Below the pieces are notes generated by a model, which saw nothing but the letters and a program-made list of their open reading frames with translations, did not search any database and was not told the DNA's origin. Made by a program: the position numbers and the translations under genes. From an uncultured Methanomicrobiaceae archaeon (GTDB lineage: Archaea; Halobacteriota; Methanomicrobia; Methanomicrobiales; Methanoculleaceae), in assembly GCA_963826525.1 (NCBI GenBank), contig CAWGXH010000004.1, positions 832,001 to 896,000 of the forward strand: DNA of 64,000 bases, in the 5' to 3' direction. Positions 10,172 through 20,994 of the stretch are shown here, one piece after another. Each line of letters opens with the position of its first letter. The stretch's first letter is position 1.

Positions 10172-10231
10172 CTTATTAGTCTGTGCGTTGTATAGTATCT
10201 TAATATAATTGCAGGAATTGAGTGAGCCAGA

Positions 10232-11632
10232 ATGAGGCTTTTAATGAAATTTGGCGGCACATCCGTCTCAGATGGGGATTGCATCCGGCGGGTTGTGGAT
10301 ATCCTCGAACCTTACCGTAACGATGGTGTAGAACTGGCCGTGGTCGTATCGGCATGCTCGGGGATAACCGATCAGATCATATCGGTGGCAAACGAGGTGG
10401 TAAACAGCAGGGATAACCCTCCCATCGAGTCGTTTATCCACGCCATGCGTACCCGGCATGCGAGGATACTCGAGCAGGTGGCACCCGATTACGTGGAGGA
10501 GGTGACCGCGGTCATCGACGACCGGCTCGGCCAGCTTGAGAATATTCTGAGCGCCGTATACACGCTCAAGGAGCTCACTCCCCGCTCACGGGATTATATC
10601 ATGACCTTCGGAGAGCGGTTCTCGGCACCGATCGTCAGTGCCGCCCTCCGGCAGCGGGGGATCCCGTCGGTCGCTCTCGACGGGATCGAGGCCGGGATCA
10701 TCACCACCCCGCATCATGGTGATGCACGCGCCCTTCCTGCAAGCGACAACCATATCCGGAGCCGGGTCGTCCCCCTGCTTTCGGAGACGGTTCCGGTCGT
10801 TATGGGCTTTATGGGAGCGACGGAGCAGGGGATAGTCACGACGCTCGGCAGGAGCGGTTCGGACTACTCGGCTGCCGTCATCGGCAGCGGCATCGATGCC
10901 GATGAGATCTGGATTTGGACTGACGTCGACGGCGTCATGACCTCCGATCCCCGGATCATCAAAAACGCTCGGGTGCTCTCCGACGTCTCCTACCTCGAAG
11001 CGATGGAACTCTCCTACTTCGGCGCCAAAGTCCTGCATCCGCGCTCGGTCGAACCGGCGATGCAGAAGGATATCCTCGTCCGGGTGAAGAACACCTTCAA
11101 CCCCGCTCACCCCGGCACCTGCATTCTCCGCAAGGAGCACCTGGAGAAACGCGTGGTCAAGGCGATCTCGTTCATCGAGAAGGTAGCGCTGATCAACATC
11201 ACCGGCGCCCAGATGATCGGCCGGCCGGGCGTGGCGAAGGCGATCTTCTCGTCGCTCGCTGAGCGGGAGGTTAACGTGATGATGATCTCGCAGGGCTCGT
11301 CCGAAGCGAATATCTCCCTCATAGTCGATGAGTCGCACCTTGAGGTTGCCATGGATGCACTCTCCCCCCTCGTCAAGCAGGGAGTCGTCCGGGAGGTCAC
11401 CTACGACCGTGACGTCGTGGCGGTGGCGGTCGTCGGGGCGGGTATGGCAGGCACACCCGGCACCGGCGGAAGGATCTTCACGGCTCTCGGGAGAGCCGGG
11501 ATCAACGCCATGATGATCTCGCAGGGCTCCTCGGAGGTGAACGTCTCCTTCGTGGTGAAGGGTGGCGACGGGAAACGCGCCCTCCAGGTGCTCCACGACG
11601 AGTTCCGCCTCTCGGAGGACTGCGATGAGTGA
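10232..11632 (+). CDS. lysC: aspartate kinase
   Basis: MKFGGTSV, TTLGRSGSDYSA, WTDVDG, two ACT domains. Confidence 0.95.
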   Translation: MRLLMKFGGTSVSDGDCIRRVVDILEPYRNDGVELAVVVSACSGITDQIISVANEVVNSRDNPPIESFIHAMRTRHARILEQVAPDYVEEVTAVIDDRLGQLENILSAVYTLKELTPRSRDYIMTFGERFSAPIVSAALRQRGIPSVALDGIEAGIITTPHHGDARALPASDNHIRSRVVPLLSETVPVVMGFMGATEQGIVTTLGRSGSDYSAAVIGSGIDADEIWIWTDVDGVMTSDPRIIKNARVLSDVSYLEAMELSYFGAKVLHPRSVEPAMQKDILVRVKNTFNPAHPGTCILRKEHLEKRVVKAISFIEKVALINITGAQMIGRPGVAKAIFSSLAEREVNVMMISQGSSEANISLIVDESHLEVAMDALSPLVKQGVVREVTYDRDVVAVAVVGAGMAGTPGTGGRIFTALGRAGINAMMISQGSSEVNVSFVVKGGDGKRALQVLHDEFRLSEDCDE

Positions 11633-12618
11633 ACATACCTACCGTGAGGCGGGAGTCGATATCGACCTCGAGGCCGCAGCCGTCCGGTCACTGATCAGCC
11701 GGCTCTCCTACCGGCGGGAAGGCGCTTTCTCCATGCTCGGCAAAGTCGGGCACTTCGCGGGGCTGATCGAGTTCGGTGAGCACGTCCTCGCGCTTGCCGT
11801 CGACGGCGTCGGTACGAAGATGCTGATCGCCGACGAACTCGCCGACTGGCGGACGGTCGGGATCGACTGCATCGCCATGAACGTCAACGACCTCTATGTG
11901 ATGAACCTCGAACCCGTCGCGTTCGTCGACTACATCGCCACCGATGCGCTCTCGGTCGAGAAGATGGCGCAGATAGGCGAGGGTCTCAACGAGGGCGCGC
12001 GGCTTGCCAACATGAACATCGTCGGCGGCGAGACCGCCACCCTGAAGGGCCTCGTGAACGGCCTTGACCTTGCAGGCACCTGCCTTGGTGTCCAGCGGAA
12101 GGAGAAGGTCGTCACCGGTGAAGCGATCGCCCCGGGTGACGTCATCGTCGGCGTCCCGTCAAGCGGAATCCACAGCAACGGCCTGACGCTTGCGCGAAAG
12201 GTCGTGGACGAGTGCGCCTCCTACACGACCGCGCTTCCGAATGGAAAGACGCTCGGTGAGGAACTTTTAACCCCTACCCGGATCTACTCCGAGGTGCTGG
12301 CGGTGACGGATGCCTGCGCCGTCCACGGGATGTGCCACATCACCGGCGGCGGCCTCTTAAACCTCCTCCGGCTCGCTGACCTCGGGTTTTCGATCACCGA
12401 TCCGCTTGAGGTTCCGCCGATCTTCCGCTGGCTCCGGGAGACCGGAAATATCGGAACAGTGGAGATGTACCGCACCTTCAACATGGGTATGGGATATGCG
12501 TTCGTCGTACCCGAGGAGAGCGTCTCCTGCATCCGATCGATCGTCCCGGACGCACGGGTCGTCGGCGAGGTCGTGCGCGAGCACGGCGCCTTCATCGAAG
12601 GGACAGAAGTAAGCGTAA
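11625..12618 (+). CDS. purM: phosphoribosylformylglycinamidine cyclo-ligase (AIR synthetase); stop displaced by a probable 1-nt insertion near 12611
   Basis: TYREAGVDID, VDGVGTK, IAMNVND, GGETA, SSGIHSNG, HITGGG, EMYRTFNMG. Confidence 0.93.
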
Positions 12619-12674
12619 GAAAAGGTGGAGAGGGCTTCTGGCCGCTCCTCATTTCGGTGTCTTTTTTTATCCGG

Positions 12675-12911
12675 CTAGGAGCCGCCGCCATGCTCCTCGA
12701 AGTAGTGCATCGCCTCGGGGACGTACTTTTCGACCTCCCGCAGGAAGTTCTTGGTGAGATGTGCGTCGGCGATACGGAGAGACTGCTGCATCGCCCGTTC
12801 TGTCTCCTGCGAGAGCCCGCCTTTTTCTGCCATCTCTGCCCTGATTGTGTGCACGGCGTTGTCGACGTCCTGTTCGCTCTCCCACTTCGTTACGGTTATC
12901 GTTCGCGCCAT
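12675..12911 (-). CDS. small hypothetical protein
   Basis: 78-aa ORF with natural-looking charged helical composition; GAGG RBS upstream. Confidence 0.65.
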   Translation of the reverse strand: MARTITVTKWESEQDVDNAVHTIRAEMAEKGGLSQETERAMQQSLRIADAHLTKNFLREVEKYVPEAMHYFEEHGGGS

Positions 12912-12989
12912 TTCTCATGCCTCACGGTGGCCGTATGTGGGCAGAGCACCTATTTTAGGTTAACCCCTCCCGGGGCGGAAAAAAGGATG

Positions 12990-13517
12990 TCAGATCTCCG
13001 AAGGATCCAGCAGTATCTTCTCGGCCTTCTCACTGATGAGCGCGCTGTTCCCCGCGGGGTCCTCGAGGATCAGCGTGAACGGCGGTGTCCCTTCCTTCGC
13101 CGCCACAATCCGGCTCAGCACATCTTCAGCCCGGTCGCGCTCATCCTCCGTCTCCGGATTCATGAGAATGCCTGCGACGGCCTGCTCGAACCGGTTCAGG
13201 ACACCTTCGATATTGGTGACGAATCCCTCGCAGGCACTGCCGGGCTCGACCTTCAGGCCGAGCTCGGGGATCTCGATAGTGCCGGAGGTGCTCCGCACGA
13301 CCCTGATAGCGAGGTCGGCGGGCTCTTCGACCCGCACCGTCCACCTAACGGGGTCGCCCTCGCCGAGGATGATGGTATCGATGTGGCGGTAGCCGCATTC
13401 GCCGCAGGAGATGCTCACAAGGAGGATATCCGAGAAATGCGGGACCTCGAGACGGTGGTGGACGATCGGAATCTCATTTCCACATCCGGGGCAGGTGCCC
13501 TGGTACTGCTCTCGCAC
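12990..13517 (-). CDS. ZPR1 zinc-finger protein
   Basis: CPGC...CGECGY, IEIPELGL, TNIEGVL, ILEDPAGNS. Confidence 0.92.
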   Translation of the reverse strand: MREQYQGTCPGCGNEIPIVHHRLEVPHFSDILLVSISCGECGYRHIDTIILGEGDPVRWTVRVEEPADLAIRVVRSTSGTIEIPELGLKVEPGSACEGFVTNIEGVLNRFEQAVAGILMNPETEDERDRAEDVLSRIVAAKEGTPPFTLILEDPAGNSALISEKAEKILLDPSEI

Positions 13518-13894
13518 TAGAGTCCTCCGCCGATCTTGTCGCGCGAGACCTTCACGGACATGGGGGTGAGCACGACGTACTTCTGTTCGCCGAGCCCGAC
13601 GATATCTCCGTTGACGTCACGTGCGACGTCCCGGAGGTCTTTTAAGACGCGCTCGAAGGTGATCTTGTCCATCTTGAGCCGCCCGATATCGACGATGACG
13701 ATGTTGCCGTTGTAGACTTCGTCTTTCACGCGAGGTGTGTCCTTGAGGTCCGTTATCGTCGCGATCTTGACGTACATCGATGCTGGCGCATCGTCGCCCG
13801 TCCCCTCGTAGGATGCGAGATCCAGCTCCATATAGTCGTCGTCGCTTTTAGTGCTGGTTTTCCCGAGGATACTGTCGAATATCTTCTTAACCAT
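13517..13894 (-). CDS. sepF: cell division protein SepF
   Basis: VKDEVYNGNIVIVDI...VNGDIVGLG...VLTP; conserved PUA-sepF-ZPR1 order. Confidence 0.9.
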   Translation of the reverse strand: MVKKIFDSILGKTSTKSDDDYMELDLASYEGTGDDAPASMYVKIATITDLKDTPRVKDEVYNGNIVIVDIGRLKMDKITFERVLKDLRDVARDVNGDIVGLGEQKYVVLTPMSVKVSRDKIGGGL

Positions 13895-13943
13895 GAAAAA
13901 AGTGTAGAATGAATTTTATTTAATAGTATCTTTTGATTCCGGG

Positions 13944-14441
13944 TCAGATCTCAAGATTCCAGATGTCGTCTCCGACATAATGAATGCTCCTGACCGATTT
14001 TCCCTTCTCCTGTGCCTCCATCTCGGCGGCATCGAGGAGAGCGACCCCGACAGCGAGCGGTTTTCCGTGGCGCTCCTCCACAACCTGCACCGGGGCTCCT
14101 GCGCGGACGTCAGGCGAGATTGCGACAATCCCAGGGCGCATGATATCCGCCCCGTTCACGACAAATCTGACCGCCCCCTGGTCGACGACCACCCTCCGCA
14201 TGGAGAGGGGGTGCTCGATAAGCCCCCTGACTGTCGGGAAGACCCATCCGTCATGCCGCATCAGGAGCGGCTTTTTATTGACCAGGTAGAGCTCGAAGTC
14301 GGAGTCGGTCTCGGCAAGTTCGATACGTTCGGCAGCAAAGAGCGTGGCTGCATCGCCGATCTCGTCGGCAAGCCCGGTCATGAGCTGTCCGAGCTGTGAT
14401 TTCCGGATGGAATGGCGTTTTTTTACGATAATTTTAGGCAT
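13944..14441 (-). CDS. PUA-domain RNA-binding protein (MCT-1-like)
   Basis: FPTV, VVVDQGAVRFVVNGADIMRPGI, IHYVGDDIW. Confidence 0.9.
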   Translation of the reverse strand: MPKIIVKKRHSIRKSQLGQLMTGLADEIGDAATLFAAERIELAETDSDFELYLVNKKPLLMRHDGWVFPTVRGLIEHPLSMRRVVVDQGAVRFVVNGADIMRPGIVAISPDVRAGAPVQVVEERHGKPLAVGVALLDAAEMEAQEKGKSVRSIHYVGDDIWNLEI

Positions 14442-14563
14442 TGTTGCAGACCTCATCGGGTAAAATGTGCTGCGGAATACTTCTGTCCCTGGAACTCGGT
14501 TATATTTAAGTCACTTACTCACTCAAATATATTACTCCGAAATGGACGGCACAGGGTAATCAT

Positions 14564-14791
14564 ATGACGCGAAGACCGTTAGATATTTTAGATCAGGGTA
14601 CTGAATCGTCAGCCCGTTATCATCAGTCTCAAGGGTGGAAGGGAGATTCGAGGGGTATGCAGGGATACGACGTGCACATGAATCTTGTACTGGACAAAGC
14701 GGAGGATGAAGTCGACGGGCAGGTCCGCAAGCTCGGGACGCTCATCGTTCGCGGAGACAACGTGATATACATTACACCATCAGTCGAATAA
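14564..14791 (+). CDS. Sm-like archaeal protein SmAP (two compensating indels in middle)
   Basis: MTRRPLDIL; alternate frame gives VLNRQPVIISLKGGREIRG; then GYDVHMNLVL and IVRGDNV; upstream of L37e. Confidence 0.9.
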   Translation: MTRRPLDILDQGTESSARYHQSQGWKGDSRGMQGYDVHMNLVLDKAEDEVDGQVRKLGTLIVRGDNVIYITPSVE

Positions 14792-14805
14792 TCAGGTGAT
14801 ACGAC

Positions 14806-14989
14806 ATGAGTAAGGGCACACCTTCAATGGGAAAGCGGAACAAGAGAACACACATCGCCTGCAGGCGGTGCGGTAAGATCTCGTTCCACGCACGGCACAA
14901 AGAATGTTCCGCCTGTGGTTTTGGTCGGAGCAGCCGTATGCGCAGTCTACAGATGGACAGAAAAGAAAGCAAAGGTTCCAACCCACTAG
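14806..14989 (+). CDS. rpl37e: 50S ribosomal protein L37e (frameshift near 14947)
   Basis: [23 protein letters not shown]...CSACGFGRS; shifted frame ends [13 protein letters not shown]. Confidence 0.93.
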
Positions 14990-14998
14990 AGTTGTACT

Positions 14999-16436
14999 AT
15001 GTGTGGTATCGTTGGCATCGTCGATGCTGGCGGTGTCTCGTTCCAGCTGTGACTATGCCCTGTACGCTCTCCAGCACCGTGGACAGGAGAGCGCAGGGAT
15101 CTCCACTTTTGACGGCAAAAGCCTCTATAAGCACAAAGGACAGGGGCTTGTTGCAGAGGTCTTCGACGAAGATATTCTCCGGGAACTGAAAGGCAACGTC
15201 GGTATCGGGCATGTCCGGTATCCGACGACCGGCGCGAAGATTCCCGAGAATGTTCAGCCCTTCAACTTCAGGTACAAAGGACGGGACCTCGCGATCATCC
15301 ATAATGGAAATCTCGTAAATACGCAGGCGCTCCGGCAGGAGTACGAACAGCGCGGGCAGATCTTCTGCACAACCACCGATACCGAGATCATTGCAAACAT
15401 CATTGCCGACGAACTCCGCACCTCGAACAGCATGGAGGATGCAGTCCTCCTCTGTATGCGGCGCCTGGAAGGATCGTACTCCGTTGTCGTCATGCTTGAC
15501 GATACGCTCTATGCGTTCCGCGATCCCCTCGGGATCAAGCCGCTCTGCATCGGAAAGACCGACCAGGGATACGTCCTTGCCTCGGAGAGCGTAGCGATAG
15601 ATGCTTTTGGAGGAACCTTCGTCAGGGATGTGATGCCGGGAGAGCTCGTCCGCGTGAACGCCGACGGGCTCTCGGCCACCCGGATGGCAGTGGCCAGCCA
15701 CACGGCGCACTGTATCTTCGAGTACGTGTACTTCGCCCGCGCGGACTCGACGATGGACGGAACGCTCGTCTACGACGTCCGGCAGAAGATAGGCCAGAAA
15801 CTCTATGAGTCCGATCACCTGCAGGCGGATATCGTCTGTCCGGTGCCCGACTCCGGCACCGCCTATGCGGCCGGGTATGCCATGCGCTCCGGGGTTCCCT
15901 TCCTCGAGGGCTTGATGAAGAACCGGTATATGGGCAGAACATTCATCATGCCTACTCAAGCGCAGCGGGAGCAGGCGGTCAGGATCAAGCTCAATCCGAT
16001 CCGGGAGAACTTAAAAGACCGGAAGGTGGTGCTGGTGGACGACTCTATCGTCCGGGGCACGACGTCCCGGCGTATCGTGAATATGATCCATGAGGCGGGT
16101 GCCGATGAGGTGCACGTCCGGGTCGGTTCGCCTCCCATCATCGCACCCTGTTATCTCGGGGTCGATATGCCCACACGGAAAGAGCTGATCGCGAGCGGGA
16201 AGGCGGAAGCGACTGTCAGGGACAGTATTGCAGCCACATCGCTCACCTACATCTCGCTCGACGCTCTGGTCGAGGCGATCGGGATCGACCGGTGCAACCT
16301 CTGCACCGGGTGCCTGACCGGTCACTATCCGGTTGAGATTCCGGGAGAAAAGTCCTGCCGCTGTGCAATCACCTACGTGGACGGCACCTATCAGTCGGAT
16401 CTCACCTCGTTTGAGGCCGGTCAGGGCACATCCTGA
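14999..16436 (+). CDS. purF: amidophosphoribosyltransferase (frameshift near 15050)
   Basis: True start MCGIVGI at 14999; [38 protein letters not shown]. Confidence 0.95.
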
Positions 16437-16532
16437 CCTTTTTTTACGAAATTTTTTCGCCTATCGAAGAACTCTGTGGCTATCGTCCGAAGGCTGAGTA
16501 CGTGCGAAAAGAAGAACGGAAGCAGCGTCTGA

Positions 16533-16607
16533 TAGCGAGGGATGGATTTGAACCATCGATCTACGGGTTATGAGCCCGTCGGGATTTCCTGACTACCCCA
16601 CCTCGCT
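16533..16607 (-). tRNA. tRNA-Met (initiator, CAT), copy 1
   Basis: AGCGAGGTGGGGTAGTCAGGAAATCCCGACGGGCTCATAACCCGTAGATCGATGGTTCAAATCCATCCCTCGCTA; A1:U72 pair and three G:C pairs in anticodon stem. Confidence 0.95.
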
Positions 16608-16656
16608 CCTTGTAGCATTGGGTGTTTGCGAAAAGAAGGACGGAAGCAGCGCCTGA

Positions 16657-16731
16657 TAGCGAGGGATGGATTTGAACCATCGATCTACGGGTTATGAGCC
16701 CGTCGGGATTTCCTGACTACCCCACCTCGCT
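16657..16731 (-). tRNA. tRNA-Met (initiator, CAT), copy 2
   Basis: Identical to 16533-16607. Confidence 0.95.
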
Positions 16732-16857
16732 CCTTGTAGCATCAGAGTCTATACCTTATTGACTGTATCACGTTATATACGTTTCTGCAGTCTCCGTTCG
16801 GTGTGCATCGAATTTCTCAACAATCATAAATAGATCCTATTCCTTACCCCCACGTGT

Positions 16858-17277
16858 ATGGAGGAGAAGAGAACCGGGGACGATGACCTTGCGCGTCTGC
16901 GGGAGCAGCGGCTGCGCCAGATTCAGGAGGCTGCACTCCGGAAGCGGGAAGGAACCGTTATCGACCTCACTGATGTGAACTTTGCAGAGACGATCCGGCA
17001 GCACGCCTACGTCGTCGTTGATTTCTGGGCGGAGTGGTGCGGGCCATGTCGGATGGTATCCCCGACGGTCGAAGAGCTTGCGGGGGAGTATGCGGGCAGA
17101 GTGACCTTCGGCAAGTGTGACGTCGATGAGAACCGGTGGGCGGGAAGCAGTTTCGGGATATCGGCGATACCGACGCTTCTCTTCTTCGCAAACGGCCAGG
17201 TCGTCGACCGAATTGTCGGGGTGCAGTCAAAGGCCGTCATCCAGTCGCGGATGGATCGCGCGTTCTCGTCGCTCTGA
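16858..17277 (+). CDS. trxA: thioredoxin
   Basis: DFWAEWCGPC, ISAIPT; archaeal N-terminal helical extension. Confidence 0.95.
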   Translation: MEEKRTGDDDLARLREQRLRQIQEAALRKREGTVIDLTDVNFAETIRQHAYVVVDFWAEWCGPCRMVSPTVEELAGEYAGRVTFGKCDVDENRWAGSSFGISAIPTLLFFANGQVVDRIVGVQSKAVIQSRMDRAFSSL

Positions 17278-17315
17278 TAGGTGAAGAACTGTCCCATCCT
17301 CGTTTAAAAATAGAT

Positions 17316-18894
17316 TTATGTAGTTTCGGCAGGACCCGGGGCTCCCGCAAGACTCCGATCGATCAGCCAGCCTGCCGCCAGCGCGACGATCGAGAGCGGC
17401 AGTGCAATGACCAGAGGGTCGATGACCGGCCACGGCATCGGAAGAAGGCTCTCCGCACCGAAGAGGAACTCCGAGAGGCCGAGCACTGCCGACTCTTTGA
17501 CGTGGACGAAGGCTGTCCAGAGGAACCAGACGACCGCACCCGTCACCACGCTGTACTTCGCGCCCCGGAGCGACGGCCGGTCGGAGAAGAGCGCGAGCAG
17601 CGTACGCCGGGAGGAATGCGGCGGCGCCGAGGCCCATGAACATCGCCGTCGCCCGGGCGATGATGCTGCCGGGCATGACGTAGGCGAGCAGGACGGAGAC
17701 GACGATCATCGCGACGGTAGCGATCTGGATCGCCCGCATCGACGGCTTTTCGCTGCGGGTATGGCGCCAGATATCGAATCCGAGACTCGTTCCCATGGTA
17801 TGGAAGAGCGAGCTTAACGTGGACATGGCGGCGGCGAGAAGTGCCAGCATGAAGACGATGATGAAGAGATCGGGCATCGCTGCGTTGATGTACAGGGGGA
17901 TGATCGTGTCGATGTTTCCGGCCGTCGCCGCCTGCATCGCGATCTCGCCTTGTGTCTGGTAGAAGTAGACGTTGGTCAGCGGCCCGACGGTGAAGGCAAC
18001 CCCGGTCATCATCAGGATGAACGGCCCGCCGACGAGCACCGCGCGGTTGATGGATCTGCTGTCCTTGACGGTCATGAACCTGACCACGAGCTGCGGCTGG
18101 GCGAGGACGCCTATCCCGACGCCGAGGATGAGTGTCGTAACCAGGGTATACCAGAGGGACGATCCGAGTTCGGGCATGGATGCCCATCCGGTCATCCCGG
18201 CGGCCGCTAGCCCGGCGGGCACCTCGCTTGAGAGGGCGTCGAGGGCCGCATGAGCGTTCGTAATGCCGCCGAGGAGCAGGTAGGTGAGCACGAGCAGCGC
18301 TGTCATGCCGACGAGCATGATCGCGCCCTGGAGGGCATCGGTATACATGACGGCGATCAGGCCGCCGACCACGACGTAGAGGGCGACGACGGCGGCGAAT
18401 GCGAGGAGGGCGGTGTCGTAGGGTATCTGCAGGGTGCTGGTGAGGAACTGCGCTCCCCCGATCAGGATGGCGGCTGTATACAGCGGCATGCCGACGACGA
18501 TCAGAAAGCCGGTGAACGTCTGCATGAAGGGTGAGTTGTAGCACTTCCCCATCAGGTCCGGGAAGGTGACCGCATTCAGGCGCTGCCCGATCCGTCGTGT
18601 TCTCTTTCCGAAGACCACGAAGGCGAGGAGGACACCGACGCCGATGCAGAGGACGGTCAGCCACATAAGCCCCATCCCGAGTTGCGCTGCTGCTCCGCCG
18701 AAGCCGATGATTGCCGAGGTGGAGATGAAGGTAGCGCCGTAGGAGAGTGCAAGGACAACCGGGTGGATCTTTCTCCCGGCGACCATGTAGTCGTCGTGAC
18801 CCTGGGTCTTTCTGTACCCGAGGTATCCAAGGCCGATGACCATCAGGAGATAGACGATGGTCACCAGAGCAAACGTAAGCGTATCAACTGCCAT
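17316..18894 (-). CDS. sodium:solute symporter family protein (frameshift near 17600)
   Basis: DYMVAGR, ATFISTSAIIGFGG, VMYTDALQG, QPQLVVRF, AAAMSTLSS; C-terminal part in ORF 17316-17549. Confidence 0.9.
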
Positions 18895-19009
18895 TACTAT
18901 CATCAAGCCCTGTATTCCAGTTCAGAATGCCATACACGATACACGCAAGCGTAAGGCCGATAGCAAGCACGTATGCAAACCCGATAACGGGATCAGTAAT
19001 TCCAAGCAT
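18884..19009 (-). CDS. symporter small accessory protein (41 aa)
   Basis: MLGITDPVIGFAYVLAIGLTLACIVYGILNWNTGLDDSNGS; CIVYGILNWN motif; GGAGG RBS; overlaps SSS start. Confidence 0.85.
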   Translation of the reverse strand: MLGITDPVIGFAYVLAIGLTLACIVYGILNWNTGLDDSNGS

Positions 19010-19442
19010 AATAGTCCTCCCGGTAACAGGTTACCGGATCAATCCACGGGAACACAGCGTCGTGCCGGTTCCCTATCTAAAGCTAAAGAAAAAGGCGAAT
19101 GCGTTCTGCACGTCGGTGCAACCGGGGTTCACGCTGAAATTAGCCATCGGTGAATGTCCCGCCTATCATAGGGCTTCCGGATATTTAAATCGGCATGATC
19201 GGTGACCGGAATTTCGACCGTCTCCGATGGAGAGTCCCGACGCTGCCGTCGGAACCGTATCCTTCCTCCTCCTCATGGGATAGGCCTTGTGAAGGCCGGT
19301 GTCGTTACGGTGGCCGGGCACATCCTCCTCCCGGTCTCCTGCCGGGGAAAGGTTCGCAAAAGGAGGCGCCCGCTGCTGCCTAGCAGTCGGCCAAAAAGAC
19401 GCTCGGGGGTATATCTTCCCCATGATAACTGGCTGTAGCAGG

Positions 19443-20822
19443 TCAGTAGTGCCGGCGCATGAACTCGCGGATCGATGCCGACTCGATCCACCCGGAGTCC
19501 AGTCTGCTGATGATGCTGTGAATGGTGTATGCCTGTTCAATGATCTTCGTCGAAGCAGGGTTCTCATCCATGCATGCAAGCCCCACGATCACCTGGAGGG
19601 GGTTTCTGATATGGTCGCCGAGAATGGCAAACTGTTCGATATTCTTATCGATCTGGATATATGCCTCGCGCCTCTCCTCCTCGAGCTCGGAGAGTTTCAG
19701 AGCGGATCCAAGGTCGTTTGCAAGCGTTGCAAGAAGACTCGTCTCCTCTGCGGTGAAGCGGCCGCTATCGGTGCGGACGACAGCGATGACACCGACCGAT
19801 TCGCTCCCGGCAATCATGGGGATCGCCCGGATCTCCCCGACGGAATCAAGCCCTATGCAGAGGGCTTCGCCCTCTGCCAGATGCTCCGATACGATGGTGC
19901 CCGTTCGGTAGGCGGATTCGATGAAGCGGCGCAGAGGACGGTTATGTGAAATTCCGGCGTAGCGATCGTCGGAGATGGAGAAGAGGGATATCCTCTCCTC
20001 CTTCCCGAGCCAGATCGATACTATCAGTCCCTCCCGAATGCTCCCGAGCCTGTGGCAGGCCTTTCGAAGGAGGCTGCGCTCGTCCCGCTCCCGCACGAGG
20101 ATGCCCGATAACTCGCTTGCGCCCCGGAGCAGCAGCTCGGCCTCCCTCCGTTCGGTCATATCGACGACGGTGCAGATGGCGGTCGTCGGGGAGAGCGCTC
20201 CGGCAGAGAGCACTGCGTACCTGCATGCTCCCCCGCGGGTGACGAGCGTTCCTTCGTAGTTCACGACAGTGTCCTCTTTCTCGATCTGATACATGAACTG
20301 CCGGAGTTCCTCGTTTTTCTGCCAGATCTTTCGCAGGTTTGCTCCCACCAGGTCGTCGGCGCCGTAGCCGAGCATCTCGGCGCATCGCCGGTTCACCTCG
20401 GTGATCCGGAGGCTCTCTCTGTCGACGAGGAAGATCCCTGCCTGCGAATTGCCGAAGATCCCGTGGTACTTCTTCTCCTGCTCGCGGAGGCGGTCGAGGA
20501 GGTACGCGACGATCCCCGAGATGCCCACCATGGCGACGAACTGAACCGTCCCTTCTGTCAGTGCGACCGTCTCGGGGTAGGTGATCAGATAGACGAGGCC
20601 GATGTAGAGTGTGGCGAGCCCGATGGCAAGGTGGAACCCTCGCTGCCGGTACCGGAAGATGGCGAGGAGGATCGGGATATAGAAGAGGTTGGGGAAGATG
20701 CCGTTGATGCCGTGCGACAGGCCGTATGCGGTTATGGTGAGCGATACGGCTGAGGTGATCAGAATCGCGGCAAGCCATCGATCCCGGAGGTATCCGGCGG
20801 CAGGGATGGGGGGGCACCACAT
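19443..20822 (-). CDS. membrane sensor: TM + PAS + GAF + HisKA-like tail, no HATPase domain
   Basis: About four TM helices (NLFYIPI), PAS (EVNRRCAEMLGY), GAF (AIPMIAGSESVGVI), ILGDHIRNPL then stop after about 50 aa. Confidence 0.8.
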   Translation of the reverse strand: MWCPPIPAAGYLRDRWLAAILITSAVSLTITAYGLSHGINGIFPNLFYIPILLAIFRYRQRGFHLAIGLATLYIGLVYLITYPETVALTEGTVQFVAMVGISGIVAYLLDRLREQEKKYHGIFGNSQAGIFLVDRESLRITEVNRRCAEMLGYGADDLVGANLRKIWQKNEELRQFMYQIEKEDTVVNYEGTLVTRGGACRYAVLSAGALSPTTAICTVVDMTERREAELLLRGASELSGILVRERDERSLLRKACHRLGSIREGLIVSIWLGKEERISLFSISDDRYAGISHNRPLRRFIESAYRTGTIVSEHLAEGEALCIGLDSVGEIRAIPMIAGSESVGVIAVVRTDSGRFTAEETSLLATLANDLGSALKLSELEEERREAYIQIDKNIEQFAILGDHIRNPLQVIVGLACMDENPASTKIIEQAYTIHSIISRLDSGWIESASIREFMRRHY

Positions 20823-20994
20823 AATTCTACCTATGCGGTGGCAATCAATAAGTCCACCGGTATTGTGGCTCTGATGCGGCTCAAGCCTCTCGGAATTCCC
20901 CTGTTCCGGAGACAGGGCTCATGGCCGTCGGCGGATATGCCTTCCGCCCGCCTGTCCGCTGCAGTGCCGCCGCGGTATCGCCGCGGCTCTTCCG

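Larger units (their letters stand above)
16503..16742. repeat. tandem duplication, 124-bp period, carrying the tRNA-iMet gene and flanks
   Basis: TGCGAAAAGAAG..CGGAAGCAGCG.CTGA + tRNA + CCTTGTAGCAT occurs twice, with 2 substitutions in the flank. Confidence 0.9.

Noticed and set aside
11562-13520. 652-aa PurM fusion ORF
   Set aside because: Read-through from a probable extra base near 12611; the extension is the antisense of the 78-aa gene and ZPR1.
16503-16742. Direct repeat as a CRISPR array
   Set aside because: The units are tRNA genes; there are no spacers or cas genes.
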